64,000 bases of DNA from Candidatus Amesbacteria bacterium GW2011_GWB1_47_19 (GCA_001002325.1 LCNZ01000005.1:18274-82273), one strand, 5' to 3'; shown: positions 54,172 to 64,000, counted from the stretch's first letter. The notes: generated by a model not told the origin, from the sequence alone. Program-made: numbers and translations.

Positions 54172-55431
54172 TCAACGAGTGGAAGAAATTTCGGTATCGA
54201 TGGAAAGGAAATGGTTGTACTTGGCTACTCTTTCTCCGCGAGCAGGCGCACCGAATTTGGCATAATCCGCTCCTACCCCGACGGCAAAGTCGGCAATAAA
54301 GGTGTCGTTGGTCTCTCCTGAACGGTGGGTAATGTTAATTTTCCATCCGGCGTCCCTGGCTTTTTTAACCGCTGCGATGGCCTCGGAAACGGTGCCGATT
54401 TGATTTGGTTTGATGATAGCCCCATTGCAGGCTTTTTCGGCGATAGCTTTGGAAATTTTGGTCAGGTTGGTAGCCAGCAAATCGTCGCCGACGATAGTGG
54501 TATTCTGGCCAAGCTCCGAAGTAATCTGAGTCCAACCTTTCCAGTCATTTTCGTGCAGAGGGTCTTCTAAAAGACGTAAATGGTATTGCTTGTTGAGATC
54601 CCGAAGATACTCTATGAATTCGGAAGTATCCATGGGAGAGCTGCGATCCTTGATGGTATATCGGCCATCCTTGTAAAAACTATCGGAAGCTACGTCCAAG
54701 CCAAGTTCCACGTCGATCTGGGGTTGTTTCTTGCACTCAATAATCGCCTCGCTTAATATTTCCAGTGCATCCAGATTGGTAAAAAGATTTGGAGCAAAAC
54801 CGCCTTCGTCACCGACGCTGTGAATCGCACCCCGACGGACAAGCAGATTTTTTATCGAATGGTAAATTTCAGCGCCGGTTTGGAGCATTACTGAGAATGT
54901 GGATTTACGGCTGGGGATGATATGGAACTCCTGAAAATCCAGATTACCGGCGCCATGCTTGCCGCCGTTGATCATATTGAAAACAGGAGTGGGGATAAAC
55001 AGCTGGGAGCTGTTTTCAGCCAGTGTGGCAATATAGCGATAAAGCGGAAGAGAAGCCGCCTGGGCCAGAACTTTTGTGACAGACATAGAGACTCCCAACA
55101 GGGAGTTAGCCCCGAAACGGCTCTTGCTGGGGGTACCGTCCAATTGATTTAATATGTTATCCACCTCTTTGACTGTGGAAAAATCCATGCCCACAAGCTT
55201 GGCAGCAATCTCCCGGTTTACGTGGCCCACTGCCTGCAGAACACCTTTTCCGAAATAACGATTGGGGTCGTTGTCGCGCAGTTCAGACGAGTCCGGTATA
55301 CCGATTGAGGATCCCGAAGGGACTGAAGAAACACCGTATTGGCCGGTGTCAAGTATGGCTATGACTTCAACCGTAGGAGTAGCCCGTGAATCCAGGATTT
55401 CTCTGGCGTAAAGCTGTTTAAGTTTGGCCAT
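54172..55431 (-). CDS. eno: Enolase
   Basis: AREILDSR, ELRD, NGGKH, QEF, GDEGGF, IKPNQIG, HRSGET. Confidence 0.95.
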   Translation of the reverse strand: MAKLKQLYAREILDSRATPTVEVIAILDTGQYGVSSVPSGSSIGIPDSSELRDNDPNRYFGKGVLQAVGHVNREIAAKLVGMDFSTVKEVDNILNQLDGTPSKSRFGANSLLGVSMSVTKVLAQAASLPLYRYIATLAENSSQLFIPTPVFNMINGGKHGAGNLDFQEFHIIPSRKSTFSVMLQTGAEIYHSIKNLLVRRGAIHSVGDEGGFAPNLFTNLDALEILSEAIIECKKQPQIDVELGLDVASDSFYKDGRYTIKDRSSPMDTSEFIEYLRDLNKQYHLRLLEDPLHENDWKGWTQITSELGQNTTIVGDDLLATNLTKISKAIAEKACNGAIIKPNQIGTVSEAIAAVKKARDAGWKINITHRSGETNDTFIADFAVGVGADYAKFGAPARGERVAKYNHFLSIDTEISSTR

Positions 55432-57745
55432 AAGGATGATTAGTTTTTAATGAAATAAGCTTTTCCTCACAATGGTATACGATTTCCCGGGTGCGGGCAA
55501 TAGCGTCAGGATTAACAGAGATGCTGGTAATACCCCAGGAAACGAGTTTTTCCACCAGATCCGGATACTGGGAGGGTGCCTGACCGCAAATACTGCAAAG
55601 AATTCCTCTTTTGACACAGGTTTTGATGGTTTTTTCTAATGCCCAGAGCACTGCAGGGTTCAGTTCACTGAACTGGGATGCGACTTCTGAGTTGTCACGG
55701 TCTATTCCCAGAATCAGCATGGTGAGGTCGTTACTGCCGATAGATACGCCGTCGATACCGACATCAATGAAGTCGTCCAGAAGGATGACGTTGGCCGGAA
55801 TTTCCACCATCATGTAAAGCTTGAAAGATGAAGATCGATAGAGACCGGCGGCAGCTACCAATTTTTTTACTTCGGTCAGTTCAAATACGGTAGATACGAA
55901 AGGTATCATCAAATGCAGATTTTTCAGGTCCATTTTGTGACGGACGAGTTTAATGGCTTCCAATTCCAAATTGAATACCTCCGGGGTTTTGATATAACGG
56001 AATGCTCCCCTGAAACCGAGCATAGGATTGGATTCTTCTGGTTCGAACTTCTCCCCTCCCTTAAGAGCCCGGTATTCGTTGGTTTTGAAATCTGTTGCCC
56101 GGTAAATCACAGGGCGGGGGTGGAAGGCTTTGCAAAAGATGCCGATGTCTTGAGCCAACTTATTTATAAATTGAAGGCTTTTACCCTCGGCGATGAGTTT
56201 TTTGGGATGAATGCCGATACCGGCTATCATGAATTCAGCCCGCAGGAGACCAACACCGTCGACGTGGATGGTGGAGATTTTTTCCGCCAGATCAGGCTCG
56301 GCCAAATTGACATAAATTTTGGTTGCGGTTTTTAATAAAGAATCCGGAGGCGGTTTTTTGGGATCGGACTGAGCTACCTGTATGGAAGATCGGGGTAATG
56401 AACCTTTGAAAACTTCCCCCGTGACTCCATTTACGGTGATAATCATACCTTCTTTAAGGAATTTGGTGGCCGTGGTGGTGCCGACTACACAGGGTACACC
56501 TAATTCCCGGGAAACGATGGCAGCATGGGAGGTTAGCCCACCCCGGTTGGTAACTATTGCCGAGGCCCGTTTCATGGCCGGGACAAAGTCTGGTGTGGTC
56601 ATATCGGTTACCAAAATGTCGCCTGTTTTGACTTTGTCCAAATGTTTGGTATCCGGAACCAGGCGGACTGGCCCCGAAGCTATTCCGGGGGATGCGGGGG
56701 CTCCGGTAAGTATTGATTTACCGAGATTTTTTGTCAGATCTGCGGGTACGGCGGACTGTTTTTCACCCAAAGTAGTAATGGGCCGGCTCTGGGTGATAAA
56801 CAAGCGATCCTTATATAAAGCCCATTCTATGTCCTGGGGAAAAAAATAATGATGATGGACCTTTTTTCCGATTTTGGCCAGTTCAATAATATATTTATCC
56901 GATAATTTCTGGTGTTTGCGACGGGAACGGGGAACCGGCAGTTGTTTGACACCCAAGGTTTTCCTGACTTCCATCACTTCCTGATTGCTGATTTGGCGCG
57001 AACGGATTTCCAGATCTGACTTTGAGACTTCATAATGATCGGGAGTAACCACACCCTGAACAATATAATCACCCAGGCCATAAATGGCTTCTATCACCAG
57101 AAGGTTTTTGTCCTGGGTTATGGGGTCGATTGTGAACATGACTCCCGAGACTTCTGATTGAACCATCTGCTGAACAGGAACGGCAATACCGACTTTGAAA
57201 TGGTCGAATTTTTTTTGGACCCGATAGAAAATGCTTCTTTCACCGAAAAGCGACAGCCAACACTCCTTAACTTTTAAAAGGACGTTGGAGTCTCCTGAAA
57301 TGTTGAGATAAGATTCCTGCTGACCGGCAAACGAAGCGTCCGGCAAATCCTCGGCGGTGGCAGATGAACGGACAGCCACGGGAATATTTGACCCCAGATT
57401 CCAGTGATCAATATTGAGTTGATGGTAAGCGGAAAATATTTCTGCGGAAACTGCCGGCGGCATTTCGGCGTGATCCAACAAATGCCTGACTTTTTGTGAA
57501 GCCTGTCTGAGCTGTGCCGGGTCCAGGACGTCGACGGAAGACAACAATTGATGGATTTGAGAGCGAAGGCGGTTGTGTTCCAGAAAATTGAAGTAGGCGT
57601 CGGCAATAACCACAAATCCCGGAGGCACGGGAATTCCGGCCGAGGTTAATTCTCCGAGATTGGCTCCTTTACCACCGGCTATATCGATGTCCTCTTTTCC
57701 CAACTGGTCAAACCAGCGGATATATTTATATTTTTTTAATTTCAT
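55418..57745 (-). CDS. ppsA: Phosphoenolpyruvate synthase
   Basis: GGKGANLGEL, RSSATAED, TSHAAIVSRE, DGVGLLRAEF, GSNDL. Confidence 0.96.
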   Translation of the reverse strand: MKLKKYKYIRWFDQLGKEDIDIAGGKGANLGELTSAGIPVPPGFVVIADAYFNFLEHNRLRSQIHQLLSSVDVLDPAQLRQASQKVRHLLDHAEMPPAVSAEIFSAYHQLNIDHWNLGSNIPVAVRSSATAEDLPDASFAGQQESYLNISGDSNVLLKVKECWLSLFGERSIFYRVQKKFDHFKVGIAVPVQQMVQSEVSGVMFTIDPITQDKNLLVIEAIYGLGDYIVQGVVTPDHYEVSKSDLEIRSRQISNQEVMEVRKTLGVKQLPVPRSRRKHQKLSDKYIIELAKIGKKVHHHYFFPQDIEWALYKDRLFITQSRPITTLGEKQSAVPADLTKNLGKSILTGAPASPGIASGPVRLVPDTKHLDKVKTGDILVTDMTTPDFVPAMKRASAIVTNRGGLTSHAAIVSRELGVPCVVGTTTATKFLKEGMIITVNGVTGEVFKGSLPRSSIQVAQSDPKKPPPDSLLKTATKIYVNLAEPDLAEKISTIHVDGVGLLRAEFMIAGIGIHPKKLIAEGKSLQFINKLAQDIGIFCKAFHPRPVIYRATDFKTNEYRALKGGEKFEPEESNPMLGFRGAFRYIKTPEVFNLELEAIKLVRHKMDLKNLHLMIPFVSTVFELTEVKKLVAAAGLYRSSSFKLYMMVEIPANVILLDDFIDVGIDGVSIGSNDLTMLILGIDRDNSEVASQFSELNPAVLWALEKTIKTCVKRGILCSICGQAPSQYPDLVEKLVSWGITSISVNPDAIARTREIVYHCEEKLISLKTNHPYGQT

Positions 57746-60122
57746 CCTTGTACCAGTCTACCCAAGGAATAGGTCCGGGGTCAATGTGATTTAACAGAGA
57801 TAAATAATAAGCTATAAAACTACCGGTCTGTACCAAATCCATCGACTCAAAGAAACGGGACGGCCCGACAGGTTTGAGGCTTATGACGGGTAAGTGATGG
57901 CGAGTTACGGCAGAAACTGTGACAGGCAGAGTGCGGTTAATTTCCGGGTTATAAAGATCGGAGCCGATAATAACAAAAACCAGGTTTTGGGGAAGAGTTG
58001 AAGGAAAAGTCAATCCTTCCAACAAGTGGTGGTTGGCTTCGGGAACGTCAAACAGAACCGCAAATGTCTTGGCGTTTTCATTTATCTGATTTTTAAATCC
58101 ATGCGCCGGCCCTTTGAGATGTTCTGAGGCAATGAGGACAGGGATGCGGCCGACCAGCTGTTTGGCCAGATTGAAATATGAGTCGGCTAATTCCTGACGT
58201 TTTTTCAGGAAATCGGGCAAATGGTTTAGGTCCTTTATGGGATGAATCAGGCGGCATCGGGAAAGCAATGTGATCAATGCCAGTATGCTGTAACCTAAAC
58301 CCATACGAGGCTGGGTGGAGGGGTTTGCATCAGTTGAAAAAACATAGTGAGGCAGATTTTGGTCGAGGGCAACTTCGGCCAACTTTCCTCCACTGGTAAG
58401 AATATAAATTTGGGCTCCTCGGCTACGGGCTTCGGCCAGTGAGGTGAGAGTCTCTTCGGTATTACCGGAGTAACTGGATATGACTACCAAAGAATTATTG
58501 TCGACAAAATTCGGTAAATGGTATTCAGTCGAAACTACGATAGGGATTTTCAGCTGCTGGCGCTCCAAACCGGCGATAATCCGCCCACCCAGGGCGGATC
58601 CACCCATTCCGGAAATAACGATGTTTTTGGACAGGAAACATGATTCGGGAATATACTGCTGTACCAGATCTCTGATAACCTGGGAACATTGGTCCGGAAA
58701 GGAGGTAATCGAATCACCTACCCTGAGAGAATCCTGGGACTCAAGTTCGGACAGAGATTGATAACCTGAAGTGGTTGTATTAACGGAGGGATTGATAAGA
58801 CCTTTCAGCCAGGCAAGATTTTCCTGGCCGAGTTTTTCACAGCGGGATTTATCGTTACTTTGAACGTACACTCTGAATTCGGGCGCATTACCGGATCCGC
58901 GGAATAACAGCCAATCATGATTGTTCAGTATTACTTTCAGACCGTCCGTGGCGTCAATATCATGAGAGGAATATTTTTCGCGAACCCGGTCGAGAATGTA
59001 GGCATATTTGGAAAAAGGACAGTCTGATTTTTCGCGGAAAAGATAGAATTTTGGGAGTGTGGCGACAGATCGGGAAAGACTGCCTCCCCGGTGTTTGAGG
59101 TAGTTGAGCATTTTTATAAGAGTAGAGCCTCCGTCCCGGCCGTAAAATATTTCACTGCTGATACCGCCGCCATTGGCTTCGAACCCGAATTTTGAACCAT
59201 AACGTTTCATGGCTTCTATAACAAATGTGGAGCCGACTTTGGTACGGTAAACCTTTTTACCCAGGGCATCCACTACGGAGCTGGTACTGACGGGGGTAAC
59301 AAAAGAAGCAGAGTCACTAACAGATGCCAATAAAGAGCAGGAGTAGTCACCGGGAATATAATTTCCCTGCTCGTCGATAAAAACAATGCGATCACCGTCA
59401 ACATCAAATCCCAACCCCAGATCCGCACCTTTGGCCAATATGAGACGTGAGGCCTCTAAAAAAGAGGTGGAAATTTCCGTGTCACGGGGAACAAAATGAG
59501 GCGCCTGGATATCACATTCTTCGGTAGTGATGAAATCAAGACCCAGATCCGAAAGCAGAGCAGGCATGATTTGCGATTGGGTACCATTGGCAGTGTCCAG
59601 GACAATTTTCCAGGAGGGATAAGGCGTGTCTGCCAAATTCTTTAACATATCCAGATACAAATCCCTGGCTGCGTCGGATCTTGTCACCACCGGAATGACC
59701 TGGTTATCAGATGCAGGTGCGTCGTGTTGTGTAAATAAATTCTCGATTTCAATTTCCTGTTTTTTGTTGACTTCCTCACCGTCAAATAAAAATTTAACCC
59801 CGTTTAAATTCGCGGTAATATGGCTGCCGGTAATCATAACCGCTCCACCCAGGTAACCGGTTTGCTTTAAAAAGTAGGTGAGGCAGGGTGTGGGAATCAC
59901 ACCCTGGTCGGATATTTCCCAACCACATGCTGATAAACCTCTGATAACGTCAGTTTTAATGCGGGGGCTGCTGTCGCGGGGATCCATAGCAACAGCGATT
60001 TGGCCGGTTTTCCCTTTGGAAATGAGCCATGAACCGTAGGTATATCCCAGGCGAAAACAGAATTGGGGAGTGAAAAGCTGATCTGCTGGGCCACGAACAC
60101 CGCTGGTACCGAAAAGTTTCAT
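57726..60122 (-). CDS. Phosphohexomutase fused to double-SIS bifunctional PGI/PMI domain
   Basis: FGTSGVRG, TGSH, DVDGDR, GFEANGG; then GMGGS, SYSGNTEET, QPR, ENAK, PEANH. Confidence 0.92.
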   Translation of the reverse strand: MKLFGTSGVRGPADQLFTPQFCFRLGYTYGSWLISKGKTGQIAVAMDPRDSSPRIKTDVIRGLSACGWEISDQGVIPTPCLTYFLKQTGYLGGAVMITGSHITANLNGVKFLFDGEEVNKKQEIEIENLFTQHDAPASDNQVIPVVTRSDAARDLYLDMLKNLADTPYPSWKIVLDTANGTQSQIMPALLSDLGLDFITTEECDIQAPHFVPRDTEISTSFLEASRLILAKGADLGLGFDVDGDRIVFIDEQGNYIPGDYSCSLLASVSDSASFVTPVSTSSVVDALGKKVYRTKVGSTFVIEAMKRYGSKFGFEANGGGISSEIFYGRDGGSTLIKMLNYLKHRGGSLSRSVATLPKFYLFREKSDCPFSKYAYILDRVREKYSSHDIDATDGLKVILNNHDWLLFRGSGNAPEFRVYVQSNDKSRCEKLGQENLAWLKGLINPSVNTTTSGYQSLSELESQDSLRVGDSITSFPDQCSQVIRDLVQQYIPESCFLSKNIVISGMGGSALGGRIIAGLERQQLKIPIVVSTEYHLPNFVDNNSLVVISSYSGNTEETLTSLAEARSRGAQIYILTSGGKLAEVALDQNLPHYVFSTDANPSTQPRMGLGYSILALITLLSRCRLIHPIKDLNHLPDFLKKRQELADSYFNLAKQLVGRIPVLIASEHLKGPAHGFKNQINENAKTFAVLFDVPEANHHLLEGLTFPSTLPQNLVFVIIGSDLYNPEINRTLPVTVSAVTRHHLPVISLKPVGPSRFFESMDLVQTGSFIAYYLSLLNHIDPGPIPWVDWYKDEIKKI

Positions 60123-60135
60123 AGGCAGGACAAAA

Positions 60136-60813
60136 TTATCCTACATTTTTTAGGACCCAAAGTTCAAGAGCAGAAGCCAAATCGAAAGGGGAAGAAGATG
60201 TTTTTTGGGCATAATCCAGAGACAACAAACGGTCATTGGCCATAATCAATCCTTCAAGAGTAAAGCGGTCAGACAGAGATTTTAGTGATGACAATTGCCA
60301 GGCCGGGAAATTTCCTGTACCGTCTTTGACCATAATGAGTTTGTGTAACTGACCGGCCAACAGGGAAAAAACCAATTCGGGAGGTGAAACCTCCAATGCT
60401 CTGTGCAATGCCGGAAGGTTTAATGTATCCAGAAAACGGAAAACATATTTGGGATACTCAAATTTTCGGATATGAGATGAAGGAAAATCCCTGATCTGGG
60501 AGGATACATCCTTCGGTTCCCAAATTGAAACGGGAGAGGAGAGATGTGAAAGGAAATATTTAATTAGTTCACTCTTTTCAGAAGAAGGGCGGCGGGAAAA
60601 GATTTCTTCGACAAATATAGCTTTTGAATCGTTAAAAAGCGAATCCGATTCAAAGGAAAATGTCAGGTCGGGAAGTGTCAGGGTATGACCTGACAGAGTA
60701 ATAAGATGTTTATCTTCGGCGACAGCTGTAGATTTAAGCTTGAGGAAAAGTTCCCTGGAAGACAATTGGTTGTCGCCGTGGATGATGATTAATCCGGGAG
60801 ACGGGTTACTCAT
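60136..60813 (-). CDS. Divergent DNA polymerase III delta-like subunit
   Basis: IIIHGD, SDSLF, VFRFLD, LDYAQKT pattern of short HolA-like proteins. Confidence 0.65.
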   Translation of the reverse strand: MSNPSPGLIIIHGDNQLSSRELFLKLKSTAVAEDKHLITLSGHTLTLPDLTFSFESDSLFNDSKAIFVEEIFSRRPSSEKSELIKYFLSHLSSPVSIWEPKDVSSQIRDFPSSHIRKFEYPKYVFRFLDTLNLPALHRALEVSPPELVFSLLAGQLHKLIMVKDGTGNFPAWQLSSLKSLSDRFTLEGLIMANDRLLSLDYAQKTSSSPFDLASALELWVLKNVG

Positions 60814-61204
60814 ATGATTTGACGGAAAGTGAGTAATAAAGCTGATCGACAAGATCGTGATAGTGGCGGAAAGTCCTGCGTCCAGCGAGCCGCGAACGGT
60901 GCGGGACTAGAGCGCCGGAAAAAGTTTTTGGTACGTGTATTAATTCGTGTATAAGAACTTTTTCCTGGTCGGAAAGAGAAAGACGGTCAAATTTTTCGGC
61001 GATCACCTCCAGGCAATAATGAGGAGGGGTGTCCAGGGCAATCTGCCAAATTCGGGGAAGACTCCAAATTCTGGCAGTCGACCGTCCCTGAGAACCTTGG
61101 CTTCTGAAGCATATAATTCTTTCAGCGCGGATATGAGTCAATCGCAGTTGACTCACCAGAAAACTTATACGACTGGCAATGTCCGGAGCCGGTTTCCACT
61201 GCAT
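60806..61204 (-). CDS. Putative metallopeptidase
   Basis: RSQGS, ARIW, LIHELIHVP (HExxH). Confidence 0.85.
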   Translation of the reverse strand: MQWKPAPDIASRISFLVSQLRLTHIRAERIICFRSQGSQGRSTARIWSLPRIWQIALDTPPHYCLEVIAEKFDRLSLSDQEKVLIHELIHVPKTFSGALVPHRSRLAGRRTFRHYHDLVDQLYYSLSVKSYE

Positions 61205-61234
61205 AGGATGTAATGATACAGCAGAGGTGATAAT

Positions 61235-61492
61235 TTATCCGATTTTGACGATTTCATCCCCCGGTTTAACTGCCTGAGCGACTTTGAGTCCGATAGTGTC
61301 ACCCTTTTTGGCTGAAGTGACCTGCTGGTGTTCTACCTGCATAGAGTCAACTTTTTGAGAAAATTCGGCAGAACCGGAGACTCGGATATTTTCGCCCAGA
61401 GTCAGCCCGGCCGTGAGATCTACAACGGCTACTCCGATGTGATCGTAGTAGTGGGTGACATTACCTGCTTTGATGTCTGACGTGGAAATCAC
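61235..61492 (-). CDS. Small translation-factor-like/U32 C-terminal beta-barrel protein
   Basis: GNVTHYYDHIGVAV, SMQVEH, AKKGD.IG. Confidence 0.8.
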   Translation of the reverse strand: MISTSDIKAGNVTHYYDHIGVAVVDLTAGLTLGENIRVSGSAEFSQKVDSMQVEHQQVTSAKKGDTIGLKVAQAVKPGDEIVKIG

Positions 61493-61527
61493 CCCCTTTC
61501 TTTCAGGTGAGTATAGGATGAAGATCC

Positions 61528-62991
61528 TCAGAGGGCAAGAGAAACATTGTCATTGACCTTGATCCCATGGGTAGCAATGAAACCGGCGTTGACTTCCAGA
61601 ACCTGGCTTACCGGGACATCAGGTAAAATAATCAGTGGCTGGCCAGAAGTAGCAGACGGCGGTAAAACGTCCGGAGTGAGTCCGACTACCCGGTCTCCGT
61701 TGATCCAGATAAAGTCCAGGGGGAAGATCATATCCTTCATCCAAAACTGATGCAGGCCGGGTTGGGGAAAATTAAAAAGCATACCGTGATCAGGCGAAAG
61801 ATTTTCCCGGTTTGACAAACCGACAGATCTTTCAATTTGAGAATCCGCAATCTCGACCTTTATCAGGGTGTTACCAATAGTTAACAGAGATGCGGTACCA
61901 GTTAACTGGCGGAAAAATCGGCGCAACCGGCCGAGGATATCTTTTCCTGATATTAAGGGAACCGGGGAAACACTGACGACTGGAGCAACAGAAGGAACCG
62001 GCTGGATTGACAGGAGAGGACTTCCCGGTGTTTTGGGGAAAGAGAATATGTCACGGTAAGATGCAGTAGGCTGACCCTGTTTATCCATCAAAGAAAATCC
62101 GGCAAAATCCCCGGCAGCGGCATTTAATAGAAAGGGAGTTATAGCTACAATATTCTTTTCGGTCCATACGGAGGTAAGAGCAGTTGAAAAAAATGACGGA
62201 TCGCCGGGTTTGCCGGTTTCGGTTATAAATACCGGTTTATCCGGGAAACCCAGAGATTTCAAGAAGGACAGCTCATAACGGTAGCTGGTGATGCCGTAGC
62301 GGGAAGTAGAAAATACTGAAGCGGTGTAACCGGGATTGGGATATGCATGAACCGAAAGGCCGTCTAGACTTCCGTACCAGTCAGGTTGAAAAGATGTAAG
62401 CAACCGGTAATATTTTAAGGCGTCAAGGGAAGTATGGTTTGACGGAGCGGACATATCAAGGCCGGAACTGAGAAGAAAATAATCCTCGGAACGGCTTTTG
62501 AAGATTGTATGAGCATCCAGGATAATATTTGAGTATTCCGGAGGAGATACATAACCCCCCCATTCAGCCGCATGATTAGGCTCGTTGAAGAGGATAATAT
62601 AGCGGTTTTTAACCGGCCAGGAAAGGTTATTCAGAAAGTTGGCAAAATCCAACAGATCAGAAGCGGCAGGTGTAACCCACCGGCCAGAACCGGCATAAGT
62701 AGCCAGACGAATAACCGGGATTACGTGCAAAGTCCGGCACTGATTAAAGAAGAGAGACCATTTTTCCAAATCCCGGTCGTCAATACGAATGGGAATTGTG
62801 ACATAGCCCCAATCTCCACCGGAACTGTTTACCAGCTTAGATGCTTCAACTATTTCAGAAGGCTCGAGAATATGAACCCCGATACGATTGTTGGGTACGG
62901 ATAACGGATTATATATTGCTGCCGAAGTGACCGGCCACAAAATTAACACAGAGATATAAACCACGAGAGATAAAAAAATTAATCGCAGCAT
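61528..62991 (-). CDS. Clan GH-A-like glycoside hydrolase fused to DUF192
   Basis: FNEPNH, HAYP, ITETG; C-terminal GLSNR, GMLF, FWMKDM, VLEVNAG. Confidence 0.85.
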   Translation of the reverse strand: MLRLIFLSLVVYISVLILWPVTSAAIYNPLSVPNNRIGVHILEPSEIVEASKLVNSSGGDWGYVTIPIRIDDRDLEKWSLFFNQCRTLHVIPVIRLATYAGSGRWVTPAASDLLDFANFLNNLSWPVKNRYIILFNEPNHAAEWGGYVSPPEYSNIILDAHTIFKSRSEDYFLLSSGLDMSAPSNHTSLDALKYYRLLTSFQPDWYGSLDGLSVHAYPNPGYTASVFSTSRYGITSYRYELSFLKSLGFPDKPVFITETGKPGDPSFFSTALTSVWTEKNIVAITPFLLNAAAGDFAGFSLMDKQGQPTASYRDIFSFPKTPGSPLLSIQPVPSVAPVVSVSPVPLISGKDILGRLRRFFRQLTGTASLLTIGNTLIKVEIADSQIERSVGLSNRENLSPDHGMLFNFPQPGLHQFWMKDMIFPLDFIWINGDRVVGLTPDVLPPSATSGQPLIILPDVPVSQVLEVNAGFIATHGIKVNDNVSLAL

Positions 62992-62999
62992 GAGGTTAA

Positions 63000-63500
63000 T
63001 TATACCCGGCAGGGAAGATCGGTTTTGCGGATGTGACAGATGGCCAGTGCCAAGGCGTCGGCCATATCATCGAAGTGGGACTTGGTGCCCTTTTTTTCGC
63101 GGAATTTAAGCAGTTGTTTAACTTTTTTTTTCATCACTTTTTTATCAGCTTTGCCTGATCCCCCAACATAGAGTTTTACCTGCATCGGAGTGTAGTCAAA
63201 TACCGGTAAGCCGTGGTGGTGAATTGCCAGCTTGATAACACCTATTGCCTGGCCGACTGAAATGGCAGTCAGGGCGTTGGTGGCAAAAAATAGCCGTTCG
63301 ATGGAAACCACATCGGGAGAATGTTTGTCAATGATTTCCGAAATACCCCGGTAGATTATATCCAGTCTCTGACCGTGCGGCAATTCCTTGGAGGTGGAGA
63401 CCAGACCGAAATCAAGCAGTGTATAATTTTCACCGCCCAGGTGATCTATGACTCCGAAACCAGTAGTTGCAGTGCCCGGATCAATTCCTAAAATACGCAT
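63000..63500 (-). CDS. ruvC: Holliday junction resolvase RuvC
   Basis: RILGIDPG, IERLFF, GSGKADK, DDMADALA. Confidence 0.95.
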   Translation of the reverse strand: MRILGIDPGTATTGFGVIDHLGGENYTLLDFGLVSTSKELPHGQRLDIIYRGISEIIDKHSPDVVSIERLFFATNALTAISVGQAIGVIKLAIHHHGLPVFDYTPMQVKLYVGGSGKADKKVMKKKVKQLLKFREKKGTKSHFDDMADALALAICHIRKTDLPCRV

Positions 63501-63540
63501 ATATCAGGTTTATATACCCATTTAGATTAATATAGTAATT

Positions 63541-64000
63541 ATGAGAAAGCTAGTGATACTTCTGGTAATTGCGTTGGGAGTAGTGATGATTTTATGGAAA
63601 AGTGATATGTCACGGGAAACGGAATTTGTTGCAATATCCCCTACCCCTAATAAAGAGACTGAAGTAAAAGTCACTATAGATATATATGAAGCAGGTGACA
63701 AGGCAATAACTCTGGTTCCCAATTTTCAGGAAAAATTAAAAATCAGCGAACTAGTAGCAAAGCACGGTTGTGTAGCCGGCATAAATGGCGGTTTTTATGA
63801 CACAGACAACCAACCGTTGGGTTGGATGGCGGCCGGAGGAAAAATAATTTCCGGGGAAAAATCCAGCAATTTATTTAACGGATTTTTATGGCAAGAAAAA
63901 CAACCGGAAGTGCACATTTCGCGTGATTTACCCCTGAGGGATGTATTGTGGGGTCTCCAATCGGGTCCGCTAATAATGGAATCAGGCAGAGCGTTGACAT
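63541..64000 (+). CDS. Phosphodiester glycosidase (NAGPA-like) family protein, partial
   Basis: Signal/TM, GINGGFY, PLG, QSGPLI; runs off window. Confidence 0.75.
   Translation, partial: MRKLVILLVIALGVVMILWKSDMSRETEFVAISPTPNKETEVKVTIDIYEAGDKAITLVPNFQEKLKISELVAKHGCVAGINGGFYDTDNQPLGWMAAGGKIISGEKSSNLFNGFLWQEKQPEVHISRDLPLRDVLWGLQSGPLIMESGRALT

Overview
This is a 64 kb chromosomal window from a small-genome Candidate Phyla Radiation bacterium (Patescibacteria, Microgenomates-like; inferred from gene content; standard code 11). Housekeeping content includes infC (partial), thrS, nfo, a mini trigger factor, uvrA/uvrB/uvrC/lexA, ruvC, rsmI, secG, glgP and a gluconeogenesis block (PMM-SIS fusion, ppsA, two enolases, gpmI). 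It also has a minor-pilin operon, cohesin/dockerin surface proteins and 15 intact tRNA genes. The standout signal is that four different small stand-alone GIY-YIG nuclease genes each abut a tRNA gene (Gly-GCC, Leu-CAG, Gly-TCC, His). Three are bracketed by an exact partial copy of that same tRNA into which a GC-rich palindrome has been placed. The 20-bp palindrome CCTGCCTG(C/T)CGGCAGGCAGG always lands after D-loop TGGCAGA, and in the Gly-GCC copy CCCCGCC-AT-GGCGGGG replaces the anticodon arm. A fifth, nuclease-free copy precedes tRNA-Leu-TAG. No integrase or transposase is present, which suggests a minimal tRNA-targeting GIY-YIG/palindrome mobile system (the mechanism is inference). Other leads: two orphan structured-RNA candidates, a covarying A18-G55 tRNA elbow, a divergent sortase-like gene beside a VPVTG substrate, a His-to-Tyr Fic protein, 7-bp-period in-frame insertions in core genes, and several gene relics. 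All calls come from reading the sequence; no database searches were run.
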